Below are positions 20,412 through 29,672 of a stretch of DNA of 64,000 nucleotides, piece by piece. Numbering within the stretch: the first letter of the stretch is position 1; every line of letters begins with the position of its first letter. The notes beneath the pieces are model-generated. The model was not told where the DNA came from. It saw nothing but the letters and a program-made list of their open reading frames with translations, and made no database searches. This DNA is from Thermococcus sp. (GTDB lineage: Archaea > Methanobacteriota_B > Thermococci > Thermococcales > Thermococcaceae), in NCBI RefSeq assembly GCF_027023865.1, contig NZ_JALVUC010000019.1:236586-300585 (forward strand). Direction: 5' to 3'. Position numbers and translations under genes: made by a program.

Positions 20412-21239
20412 TCACCTTTTTACCTTCCAGTAACCCAGTACTAGTATCAGAGCAACTCCTGCAAGACCTAGGAGTTCCGCACTATTTTTAGTGTTCTGGC
20501 CGGTGACCTTTCGACAGGGGGCCAATTCATTTCTCAGACCTTCTGTAAAGTTCAACCTCCGAAGAGAGCTTTCATCGTAGTAAAGCACGGTAACGTTCTT
20601 CCAGTCAAGGGGGACGAAGGGGTTTTTGGGCCGAGTGTAGATGAGGACCCCTTTTTCCAGGAAGACGGCACGCAGGGTTGTGTTGGTAGGAACGATGATG
20701 CCCATATTATCAGGAAGCTTGATGGTGTAGGAAACCGTACCGTTCGAAACGTGGAGCGTTGACCTATTTAATTCTACGGGATAAGATGAAGATTCAATCG
20801 ATACGTTGCCACAGGGGCACAGCTCATCCCTGATTTCCTCGGGAATTATGACGTCCCCTATAAGGCAGGGCCCCCGCGGGTCTATGGCTCTTCCGTCGCT
20901 GAGGTACCACAGCCCCCTGTAGAACGTATAAAAGAGTCCCTCTGCTCCGCTGGTGTTCCCTAGGTAGTAGAGCTCCCCGTCCTTGAAGTAGAAGTAGTAC
21001 TCCCCCACCATGCTCGGGGTGGGTACCCCCTGCATTCCAGGGCCCAGCGCGTCCCAAGAGAGGGTTATTATAGCATCGTCTTTTCCGACTTTAATAAAGG
21101 GAGCGAAACTGCAGTATTCGGTGGGGCCGAGAACAGGATGCGGACCGCAGAGGGACTCGGCCGCCAAGGCAGAAGGCAGGAATGAAAGGGGTAATAATAG
21201 AAAAAGAACAAGCCCCACCCTCCACATGGAGTTATACAT
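20412..21239 (-). CDS. Exported protein with C-terminal membrane anchor
   Basis: Signal peptide; C-terminal LLGLAGVALILVLGYWKVKR. Confidence 0.7.
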   Translation of the reverse strand: MYNSMWRVGLVLFLLLPLSFLPSALAAESLCGPHPVLGPTEYCSFAPFIKVGKDDAIITLSWDALGPGMQGVPTPSMVGEYYFYFKDGELYYLGNTSGAEGLFYTFYRGLWYLSDGRAIDPRGPCLIGDVIIPEEIRDELCPCGNVSIESSSYPVELNRSTLHVSNGTVSYTIKLPDNMGIIVPTNTTLRAVFLEKGVLIYTRPKNPFVPLDWKNVTVLYYDESSLRRLNFTEGLRNELAPCRKVTGQNTKNSAELLGLAGVALILVLGYWKVKR

Positions 21240-22121
21240 ATCGAACCCCCAAATTGCCGATACAATATGAATCAACTTGCTTAACAACATCAAAGGTCAC
21301 TCCAAAGTAGTACGCTCTTTGTGGATATCTCCTTCCGATACTGTTAATCTGGGCTTGTATGTAATCACTTGCTAACTTTGTACAGTTACTTGAGTCACTG
21401 CAAGTTTTACAGTTCCCCCCACCACCTATAACACATTCGTCAGCTTCCATTTCCATAAACACATTCCAGCAGTTGTACTTAAGCTTTAACCCTTCAAGAT
21501 TAAGCACCCATCCATTTATGTTATTTATCCGGCCCATATAATAATTTGGCTGTGCAAAAACATAGTCAAAATATTCACAGGCTCAGGATAATTTGGGGGG
21601 TAATACCATGGAAATATATTTGTCCCTTCAATATTCATTGTTGGTACACTTGGAATCCAGATAAATTCAAATCCCGCGCTGTGTATCTTTTGTGACATTG
21701 CTTCGATTAATTCGTGAGAAATCCCTACTCCCTTCTCTATCTGATCCTGTTTGAACATCCAAGCATTCTCAAGGCTTCAATAAAAACCCCTTAAATTAGG
21801 ATCCGAGGATCCGGCGAATACATCAATCCATCTTTCCCAGTAGGATCCCTCAAAACTTCCGGTTATGTTGCCACGAGGGGTTTTTGCAAGTGTAAAGAAT
21901 GGTATTGTAACATAATATGGCATGTTCATGGGGTCACTCAAATATTCGGAAAGGTTATATGCGTCAGTCTCTGCATCTCCAGTATATTGGATGTGAGCAG
22001 GCTGTCCGAGTACCACAGCATAGTCAAAACCTAGTCCTTTAAACTCCCTTAGGCTTCCACTCATTCTCGATTCGTAGTCCGACCCATTCCATCTGATCCA
22101 CCATAGTCCAAAGTTTGCCAT
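21232..22121 (-). pseudogene. DUF4855-like (putative glycoside hydrolase fold) pseudogene
   Basis: In-frame TGA at 21777 (FY*SLE); frameshift near 21570 restores FDYVFAQPNYY; AT-rich. Confidence 0.65.
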
Positions 22122-22260
22122 GGAGTATCACCAACATTTGTTATTCATTATAGTATAAAAATCTTTTTAGACAGATAGGTGATTATAACTAAACAATGTT
22201 AAATCAAAAATAACAAGGTAAAAATGGTTTACTTAATCTTAAAACAGAATAGAATAAAAA

Positions 22261-24327
22261 TCACCTCAGTATCCTCATCGCGTTGAAGACCGCTATGAGG
22301 GCGACGCCGACGTCGGCAAAGACCGCCTCCCACATCGTCGCTTCGCCAAAGATTCCGAGGCCTATGAAGGTCAGCTTAACACCGAGGGCAAAGATTATGT
22401 TCTGCCACACTATCCCCTGCGTCCTGCGGGCGATATTTATGCCCCTCGGCAGCTTGGATGGCTTGTCGTCCATTATAACGACGTCGGCCGTCTCTATGGC
22501 AGCGTCGCTTCCGAGGGCACCCATCGCAACTCCGACGTCCGCTCTGGCTAAAACCGGCGCATCGTTTATGCCATCTCCAACGAAGACGACCTTCCCGTCG
22601 CCCTTCTCCTTCTCCAGCTCCTCGATGACCCTCACCTTGTCCTCCGGGAGCAGTTCAGCGTAGAAGCCGTCGAGGCCGATCTGCTTCGCTATTTCCGCCG
22701 CAACCTCCCTGCTGTCACCGGTGACCATGACGACCTTCTTGATGCCGAGGCGCTTGAGCTCTTTCACCGCAATGGGAGAGTCCTCCTTTATCTCGTCGGA
22801 GATTATAATGTAACCCGCGTACTTTCCGTTGATGACCACGTGGGCCACCGTGCCTTTAACCCTGCAGGTGTCGTGCTCTATGTTGAAGCGGTGCAGCAGC
22901 CTGTCGTTTCCAACCATGACCTCAACACCGTCCATCCTTGCCCTGACGCCGTGCCCGGCTATCTCCTCGTACTCGACTATCTCCGCTTCGTTTATTTCCT
23001 TCCCGTAGGCTTCTTTTATCGCACTCGCTATCGGGTGGTTCGAGTGTGCCTCCGCTAGGGCAGCAAACTTGATGATTTCTTCCTCGCTGAAGCCGTTCCT
23101 CGTCTCGACCTTCGTCACCTTGAAGACGCCTTTGGTAAGAGTTCCGGTTTTGTCAAAGGCGACTATGGTAGCGTCCTTAAGGGCATCCAGGTAGTTGGAG
23201 CCCTTGACGAGGATTCCCTCTCTTGCGGACCGCCCTATGCCCCCGAAGTAGCCGAGGGGGATTGAGAGCACTAGAGCACAGGGGCACGAGATGACGAGTA
23301 TCACCAGCGCCCTGTATATCCATGGGGTGAAGGCTCCTCCTGTGACTATGGGTGGCACTAAGGCAATGAGGGCGGCCAGTCCAACGACTGCTGGGGTGTA
23401 GTAGTGGGCGAAGCGCGTTATGAACTTCTCTGTCTTTGCCTTCCTTGCGCTTGCGTTCTCGACGAGCTCGAGGATTCTTGAAATGGTCGATTCGCTAAGC
23501 TCCTTCGTTACCTGAACCTTAAGGACGCCGCTCAGGTTGAGCATGCCGGAGAGGATTTCCTCGCCTTCCTTAACCGTCCGCGGGACGCTCTCACCGGTCA
23601 GGGCCGAGGTGTCAACGGTCGAGGTTCCCTCGATAACAACGCCGTCAACGGGAACCTTTTCACCCGGCTTGATGAGTATTATGCCGCCGGCTTTAAGCTC
23701 CTCCGGCCTTATCTGAACAATCCTGTTTTCCCGTATGAGGTTGGCATACTCGGCCTTGAGTGCAAGCAGGGCCTTTATCGAGCGCCTTGACCTGTCAACG
23801 GCCATGTCCTGGAAGAACTCACCGACGACGTAGAACAGCATGACCGCCACGCCCTCGGGGTACTCCCTGATCAGGAAAGCGCCAATGGTGGCTACGGCTA
23901 TCAGGAAGTTCTCGTCGAAGACGTTGCCGTGGAGAGAGTTCACCACCGCACTCCGCAGGACCCTCCAGCCGGAGATGACGTAGCTCGCCAGGAAGATTCC
24001 GAAGACGAGGGCGTCGTCTATGCCGTAGTAGTAGCGCATCACGATGCCCGCGGCGAAGAGAACCAGCGAGAGACCGATGGGATAAACAGTCTTCCAGTAA
24101 TCTCCCTCACCTTGCTTATGGCCGTGTCCCTCTTCAATGACCTCGACGTCGGGTTCGACCCTCTTGATTATCTCCTTGGCCTTCTCAACGTCCCCCTCTA
24201 CAACCGCCTCCTTCGTGGCGAAGTTGACCACCGCGAACTCGAAGCCCTCCTTCTTGAGTGCCTCCTCTATTTCATAGGCGCAGCTCGCGCAGTCGAGGCC
24301 TTCCAGCTTGAGCTTCTGGGGCATCAC
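22261..24327 (-). CDS. cadA: Zn/Cd/Pb-translocating P1B-2 ATPase
   Basis: HMA CASC, TGES, SCPCAL, DKTGT, GDGINDAP, TM8 ADVG. Confidence 0.95.
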   Translation of the reverse strand: MMPQKLKLEGLDCASCAYEIEEALKKEGFEFAVVNFATKEAVVEGDVEKAKEIIKRVEPDVEVIEEGHGHKQGEGDYWKTVYPIGLSLVLFAAGIVMRYYYGIDDALVFGIFLASYVISGWRVLRSAVVNSLHGNVFDENFLIAVATIGAFLIREYPEGVAVMLFYVVGEFFQDMAVDRSRRSIKALLALKAEYANLIRENRIVQIRPEELKAGGIILIKPGEKVPVDGVVIEGTSTVDTSALTGESVPRTVKEGEEILSGMLNLSGVLKVQVTKELSESTISRILELVENASARKAKTEKFITRFAHYYTPAVVGLAALIALVPPIVTGGAFTPWIYRALVILVISCPCALVLSIPLGYFGGIGRSAREGILVKGSNYLDALKDATIVAFDKTGTLTKGVFKVTKVETRNGFSEEEIIKFAALAEAHSNHPIASAIKEAYGKEINEAEIVEYEEIAGHGVRARMDGVEVMVGNDRLLHRFNIEHDTCRVKGTVAHVVINGKYAGYIIISDEIKEDSPIAVKELKRLGIKKVVMVTGDSREVAAEIAKQIGLDGFYAELLPEDKVRVIEELEKEKGDGKVVFVGDGINDAPVLARADVGVAMGALGSDAAIETADVVIMDDKPSKLPRGINIARRTQGIVWQNIIFALGVKLTFIGLGIFGEATMWEAVFADVGVALIAVFNAMRILR

Positions 24328-24680
24328 CTCACCTCCGACAGGTGAACGACCGTGGTTCTGAGTATCTCCCTGATGTGCTCGTCGTCGAGGCGGTAGAAGA
24401 CGTTTTTACCGTCCTTGCGATAGGTTACAACTTTTCTGTCCTTGAGGATGCGGAGCTGGTGGGAGACGGCCGAGACAGAGAGCTTCGTTACAGCCGATAA
24501 ATCGCAGGTGCAGAGCTCCCCTGCCTCCATGAGCGCGAGCAGAATCTTGAGCCTCGTCGGGTTGCCGAGGGCGTCAAAAAAGTCCGCGATTTCGAGGATA
24601 ACCTCATCTTCCGGGAGCTTAGACTGGGCCTCAAGCACCTTATCGAGGTGCTCTTCATATACCTTACAGACTTCGGTCAT
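24324..24680 (-). CDS. ArsR/SmtB (CadC-like) metal-responsive repressor
   Basis: FDALGNPTRLKIL, ELCTCDL, SAVSHQLRIL. Confidence 0.92.
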   Translation of the reverse strand: MTEVCKVYEEHLDKVLEAQSKLPEDEVILEIADFFDALGNPTRLKILLALMEAGELCTCDLSAVTKLSVSAVSHQLRILKDRKVVTYRKDGKNVFYRLDDEHIREILRTTVVHLSEVR

Positions 24681-24694
24681 CTTTCATCACCTCT

Positions 24695-24718
24695 ACATTT
24701 GAGCATCTGTGCAAATGT
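24695..24718. promoter_or_regulatory. Inverted repeat ACATTTG-N10-CAAATGT, candidate ArsR/CadC operator
   Basis: Between TATA (24718-24725) and the RBS of the repressor gene. Confidence 0.6.
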
Positions 24719-24763
24719 TTATAAACCTTCCCATCCTCAAAGGTCAGGTGTCCGGCGAAATGT

Positions 24764-25744
24764 TTATTTACCCCTCATGTGTTCGGCGAAGAAATTCCAG
24801 ATAACCTGGTCTGCGTTTATATCCCTGCTGGTTCTTCCTATAATACGCTCGGGGAGGTATTGGTAGCCCCCAGGCCACGTATGACCGCCCCCATCGATAC
24901 CGTAGAAGACAACCTCGGCACCACCTCTGCAATGGGAATGACGCTCCATCCATACCCGGGTTCCATCCTTAGGGTCTTTATCGGGCAAATAGACTTTCCC
25001 GGAGTTCAGGGCACAGCCGTTTCTTTTCACCCAGTATGAAACGGTCTCGTTGATGGATATAGCTTTCCCAAGCTTTAGGGGACCAAAATGAAGTTCCCCT
25101 CCGCCCCATGGCACTAAGGAGTCCTCCGTGCCTAGGATAATCAAGATGGGAAGGGGGACGTTTGAGGTGCAGTTTTCATACAAGTTGGTGGACATGGAAA
25201 CCCCAACGACAGCAACGGCCCTCAGGCGCTCCGGAACCTCACACGCCAGCCGGTAGGTCATCAGCCCACCGTTGGACATCCCCACAACAAAAACGTTCCG
25301 GGGATCCGCGTGGTAATTCTTGGTGAGGTAGCCAATGAGGGCCACTATAAAGCCCACATCGTCCACATTTTTCCTCTGGGATTCATACCGCGAGAGGTTC
25401 CTGCCGTCGTTCCAGTGCTTCCCCACCGCGTCGGGGTACACCACGATGAAGCCATGTTCATCGGCCAGTCGGTTGAGACCACCCTTCGTGAGTCGCTCCA
25501 TATCAAAACCGCTGCCTCCACCCCCGTGCAGGGCGATAATGAGGGGAAGGGTCTTATTTCCAGAGTAGTCCGCGGGAAGGTGGACGATGAAAGTCCGCCT
25601 GAGTCCGCCCACGGTTACTGACCCCCGAATATCGCCGGGGTACATAGACTGTCTCCTGTGGGACAGGTACCCCAACGAAGAGAGGATGAGAAGAACCGCC
25701 ACAATAAGAACACCTACCGGTCTGCGATGTTTCGACCACTTCAT
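24764..25744 (-). CDS. Exported PHB-depolymerase/LpqC-family esterase
   Basis: LIIALHGGGGS, VVYPDA...WNDGR, GMSNGG (Ser), GTED (Asp), GGGHTWPGG (His). Confidence 0.85.
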   Translation of the reverse strand: MKWSKHRRPVGVLIVAVLLILSSLGYLSHRRQSMYPGDIRGSVTVGGLRRTFIVHLPADYSGNKTLPLIIALHGGGGSGFDMERLTKGGLNRLADEHGFIVVYPDAVGKHWNDGRNLSRYESQRKNVDDVGFIVALIGYLTKNYHADPRNVFVVGMSNGGLMTYRLACEVPERLRAVAVVGVSMSTNLYENCTSNVPLPILIILGTEDSLVPWGGGELHFGPLKLGKAISINETVSYWVKRNGCALNSGKVYLPDKDPKDGTRVWMERHSHCRGGAEVVFYGIDGGGHTWPGGYQYLPERIIGRTSRDINADQVIWNFFAEHMRGK

Positions 25745-25900
25745 GAGGGCTCCCGTGAGTGTTAGGGGGCTCATTGTATATGAACCTTTGTAATGGGTTA
25801 TTCAAGGGGAGGATATGTGCTTCCAGTAACCTCCCCGTTCCAAGCAGGATCCTGACCGCACGCCTGAGCATGACGGACAAGTCGTCAGTATCTGGAAGCC

Positions 25901-26137
25901 TCAGTGGTGGCAGCCGCCCCGGCGGTGCCCCATGCCGTGCCCGTGGCGGGAGTGGGCGTGACTCCCGTGGGAGTGGTGGGAGTGCCTCATGCCCTCCACT
26001 CCGATGTACTTCTCCGGGTTCGCCTCGAACTCCGCCTTGCACCCAGGGGAGCAGAAGTAGTAGACCGTCCCGCCGTACTCGACCCTGAGTCCGGTGTTCT
26101 CGTCAACTTCCATTCCGCAGACGGGGTCAATCGGCAT
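25901..26137 (-). CDS. YHS/TRASH-domain metallochaperone with His-rich tail
   Basis: DPVCGM...YYFCS.GC; tail HSHHSHGSHAHSRHGHG. Confidence 0.9.
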   Translation of the reverse strand: MPIDPVCGMEVDENTGLRVEYGGTVYYFCSPGCKAEFEANPEKYIGVEGMRHSHHSHGSHAHSRHGHGMGHRRGGCHH

Positions 26138-26344
26138 TCAGGCCACCCCCACTTCGTAGCCGTACCTTTCAATGGCCTTGACTATCTCCTCCAGGCGGAC
26201 CCTTCCGGGGTCGAACTCGACCACGGCCGTTTTGGTCTCGAGGTCTGCCTTTCCCTCGGCCCCGACGCTCTCTATCGCCTTGGTTATTCTCATAACGCAG
26301 TGCTTGCAGCTCATGTTTGGTATCTTCAACACGACTTCGGTCAT
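26138..26344 (-). CDS. copZ: Copper chaperone (HMA domain)
   Basis: MSCKHC motif. Confidence 0.9.
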   Translation of the reverse strand: MTEVVLKIPNMSCKHCVMRITKAIESVGAEGKADLETKTAVVEFDPGRVRLEEIVKAIERYGYEVGVA

Positions 26345-26438
26345 TTGCATCACCGATAGGAGCTAAGAAGGAAAGCTTATGGGGCTTATCCTTACCAGAA
26401 TGAAAACTAAAAACCGGAGACATAAACAAAAGTGAAAA

Positions 26439-26816
26439 TCAGGTGGAGTCAATGATCCCCTTCACCTGCTCCTCCATCGGCCTCATGAGTTCCGCGACTT
26501 CCTCGCCGGCTATCCTCCAGGCGACGCTCGGCAGCGTAACGCCGAGGTAGTTCCCGTCCTCAGTGCGGTAGCCGAAGCCCGTGCAGGGAAGCAGTGCCCC
26601 GATGTTGGGGTCTATCTTGACCAGATCCTCGACAAGCTCGCTGTGGCAGATGAACAGCAGGTGGTAGTCCGCTATTATGCCGTTCTCCGTTTCGGTTATG
26701 GCGACGGGAATGCGCTCCCCTATGAGGAGGAAACCGGCCTCCTCCAGCCTCTTTTTGAAGCGTTCCCAGAGGAAGTCCAGGTCCTCATCAAAGCGCCTAA
26801 CGTAGTAGAACTCCAT
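26439..26816 (-). CDS. DUF302 family protein
   Basis: LFIC...IGALLPC pattern. Confidence 0.7.
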   Translation of the reverse strand: MEFYYVRRFDEDLDFLWERFKKRLEEAGFLLIGERIPVAITETENGIIADYHLLFICHSELVEDLVKIDPNIGALLPCTGFGYRTEDGNYLGVTLPSVAWRIAGEEVAELMRPMEEQVKGIIDST

Positions 26817-26820
26817 CCAA

Positions 26821-27204
26821 TCACCCCCAGCTCGTCCACGTTGTCTCAGCTATTATGCACTTCCCAAAGCTGTACTCAACGCCTTTCTCATCGAGGAACC
26901 TGGCAATATCGTCGCTCTCGGCACCGGGCTGGAACCAGAGCCTTTTGAAGCCCGCCTCGACGGCTTCTCTTGCTATGCCCAGCCCCACCGCCGGTGGGAC
27001 GACAAAGACTATGACGTCCACATCGCCAGGAAGTTCCCGGACACTGCGGTAGCACCTCAGGCCTTCGATCTCCTCATGCTTCGGGTTCACTGGGAGAACC
27101 TCGTACCCTTTACCGACGAGGTCTTTCAGAATTATGTTGCCGTACTTTGAGGGGTTTGGGCTCGCGCCAACGAGCGCTATTTTCCTGAAATCCCTAACGT
27201 TCAT
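26821..27204 (-). CDS. CoA-binding domain protein
   Basis: IALVGASPNPSKYG, PVNP, LWFQPGAES. Confidence 0.9.
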   Translation of the reverse strand: MNVRDFRKIALVGASPNPSKYGNIILKDLVGKGYEVLPVNPKHEEIEGLRCYRSVRELPGDVDVIVFVVPPAVGLGIAREAVEAGFKRLWFQPGAESDDIARFLDEKGVEYSFGKCIIAETTWTSWG

Positions 27205-27254
27205 TTTTCACACCCAAGAGTGAGATCAATTTCACCCTTTTTATTCATTGCGGG

Positions 27255-28127
27255 TCAAAAATGGGTAAATCTGACCGCACTCTTCGTGGTCTTTTTCTCC
27301 CGGTTCAGTGTCGGCCCCTTGCCGTAGGCCCTGAGCACGAGGTAAAGTGCCGTTATGAGGTATCCAAATTGCACCAGCACTCTGCCCCACTCCATGCTCA
27401 CGGAGTACCCGAAGAGCACCGCAAAGACCGAGCCTATGGCCCCCTTGTGGTGCCAGACACTCTCGCTCGGAATCCCGAGGTCGTAGGCGGTGCCAGCGAG
27501 AAAGCCCGGGGAATAGCCCTCCTCTTCCGCCCACTCAATGAGCTCGTGCGTGCCGTAACCTGCAAGGCCTGCCGCTACAAACACCAGCAGTATCGAGCTG
27601 AAGTAGAAGAACTTCCTCAGGTCTATGCGCATTCCAACACCGTATATCAGGTAGGCCAGCACGAGCGCCCCCGCCAGCCCGGCGAAGAGGCCGAGGAGCG
27701 TCCCGCTCAGGTTCTGGGTCATGAAGGGCGTGAGGAAGAGAACCGTTTCGAGTCCCTCCCTGAACACCACGATGAAGGTAAAGCCTATCAGAGCCAAGGG
27801 GGCTATCGACCTGCTCACCTTGCTCTCTATCTCCGCCTTAATGTCCTTGCCTTTGGTCGCCATCCAGTATATCATGCTCGTGAGGACTATCACGGCCAGG
27901 TAAGACGCTACCCCCTCAAAGAGCTCGGTCTCCTCAAGACCGCCGTAAAACTTCAGCACTCCTATTCCAAGGAGGACGCTGACGCCAACCGAAAGGGCAG
28001 TTCCTATCCACACGTCCTTTATCTGTTTCGCCCGGTTGGTTCTTCTCAGGTAGGCGATTATTATCGCCACTATTATGGCCGCTTCAAGGGCCTCCCTGAA
28101 TGTTATGAGGAAAGCGCCAACGTTCAT
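27255..28127 (-). CDS. ftr1: FTR1-family iron permease
   Basis: Two RExxE motifs (REALE, REGLE). Confidence 0.93.
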   Translation of the reverse strand: MNVGAFLITFREALEAAIIVAIIIAYLRRTNRAKQIKDVWIGTALSVGVSVLLGIGVLKFYGGLEETELFEGVASYLAVIVLTSMIYWMATKGKDIKAEIESKVSRSIAPLALIGFTFIVVFREGLETVLFLTPFMTQNLSGTLLGLFAGLAGALVLAYLIYGVGMRIDLRKFFYFSSILLVFVAAGLAGYGTHELIEWAEEEGYSPGFLAGTAYDLGIPSESVWHHKGAIGSVFAVLFGYSVSMEWGRVLVQFGYLITALYLVLRAYGKGPTLNREKKTTKSAVRFTHF

Positions 28128-28146
28128 GGGTTCACCTCCGAATTTC

Positions 28147-28160
28147 TTAGATTAGTCTAA
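28147..28160. promoter_or_regulatory. DtxR/SirR-like box TTAGATTAGTCTAA upstream of ftr1
   Basis: TTAGA-N4-TCTAA palindrome just 5' of the RBS. Confidence 0.6.
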
Positions 28161-28393
28161 AATTCATAGAGCAGCTTATGAGTTTTACCTTTGCCAAATC
28201 GAAACTTCGCAAAATAGACGGGAGACATCACAATTCCCAGAGAGATATGCCATGTATCAAACCAAAAGGGTTCGAAGGGAACACAACTTGATGCGAAAAC
28301 CAACCGAACTTCTCAAATCTGTGAAAAGGGATGAAAACTTAACTCCATTCTGACCAAAATATGGGATAAAAATTTACAGAATGGAAAGATCCA

Positions 28394-28972
28394 TCATATC
28401 TTCCCAACCAGATCAAGGCTGACTTCTAAGGCCTCCTTGCCAGGCTCCCAGCTCGCCGGGCAGACCTGGCCTGGGTGCTCACGGACGTACTTGGAAGCCT
28501 TAAGCCTCCTGAGGATCTCCTTCGCGCTCCTTCCTATGCTGAGGTCGTGGAGCTCCATGTGGACAACCTTTCCGTCGGGGTCTATTATGAAGGTGGCCCT
28601 CCACGAGACCCCCTCGTCCTCGATATATGTGCCAAAGAGGCGGCATATCTTTCCTGCCGGGTCGGCCAGCATCGGGTACTTTATCTTCTTTATGCCGGGG
28701 GAAACGTCGTGCCAGGCCTTGTGGACGTAGGCAGTATCGGTAGAAACGCTGAGGATTTCAGCCCCTTCCTTCTTGAACTCCTCGTAATAGTCGGCCAGCT
28801 CCTCAAGCTCGGTCGGGCAGACGAATGTAAAGTCCGCTGGATAGAACGCCAGAACGACCCACCTGCCCCTGTAGCCCGAGAATCTCAGCTTTCCTATCTC
28901 GTCCTTCTCCGGAAGGTACGCATCGGCCTCAAAGTCGGGAACGATTTCTCCAACCTTCACCATGGGATTCAC
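28394..28972 (-). CDS. ahpC: Typical 2-Cys peroxiredoxin, AhpC type
   Basis: YPADFTFVCPTE and VCPASW. Confidence 0.95.
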   Translation of the reverse strand: MNPMVKVGEIVPDFEADAYLPEKDEIGKLRFSGYRGRWVVLAFYPADFTFVCPTELEELADYYEEFKKEGAEILSVSTDTAYVHKAWHDVSPGIKKIKYPMLADPAGKICRLFGTYIEDEGVSWRATFIIDPDGKVVHMELHDLSIGRSAKEILRRLKASKYVREHPGQVCPASWEPGKEALEVSLDLVGKI

Positions 28973-29102
28973 CTCGGCATTATGTTGGCGACCCTAATTT
29001 ATATAGGTTTGCCTAACAAAGTGAAAAGTTCCAGAATCGAAAGCATTTCATTTTGGAGGACAAATTTAAATATCTTAAAAGCGAACCAATCTGGGTGATG
29101 GT

Positions 29103-29669
29103 ATGAAGGTAAAGGTAATTCTCGGAACGGCAAGGGAGGGCAGGAAGAGCGAGAGGGTAGCGAAGTACCTCGCGAAGAGGGCCAAGGAACTCGGCTGGGA
29201 GGCCGAGCTTATAGACGTTAAGGACTACCTCCTCTGCTACACCCACCGCTGGAAGGTGACACCTGAGATGGAGAGATACAGAGCCAAGATCCTCGAGGCG
29301 GACGCCCTCGTCATAGTCGCGCCGGAGTACAACGGGAGCTACCCGGGCGAGCTTAAGATACTCCTCGACACGATCTACGACGAGTACGAGGCCCTACCCG
29401 TTGGAATCTGCACGGTTTCAGTCGTCGCCGGCGGGGTCAGGCTCCTCATGGAGCTCAGAACGGCCGCGGTGAACTACCGAATGTTTCCCGTTGGACAGGT
29501 GCTCTTCTACAACGTGGACGATATCTTTGAGGGCGAAGAGCTGAGGGACGAGAAGTACGAGGAGCGGGTTGAACGGCTTTTCAGAACCCTTGAGAAGTAC
29601 GCCAGGGCTCTGAGGGCGATAAGGGAGGAAGTGAGGGAAAAGCTGAGGGAGAAGACCGAGGGGGTTTAG
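29103..29669 (+). CDS. NADPH-dependent FMN reductase
   Basis: GTAREGRKS, APEYNGSYPGELK. Confidence 0.9.
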   Translation: MKVKVILGTAREGRKSERVAKYLAKRAKELGWEAELIDVKDYLLCYTHRWKVTPEMERYRAKILEADALVIVAPEYNGSYPGELKILLDTIYDEYEALPVGICTVSVVAGGVRLLMELRTAAVNYRMFPVGQVLFYNVDDIFEGEELRDEKYEERVERLFRTLEKYARALRAIREEVREKLREKTEGV

Positions 29670-29672
29670 CAC

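Noticed and set aside
21777-21779. In-frame TGA as possible selenocysteine
   Set aside because: Context fits Trp (FYWSLE), the gene also has a frameshift, and Thermococcales are not known to use Sec.
25554-26042. Pro/Arg-rich minus-strand ORF and nearby GGGGAGG/CCTCCCC hairpin (about 25806-25836)
   Set aside because: Alternative frame over the YHS and esterase genes; the hairpin is short and lacks promoter or family evidence.
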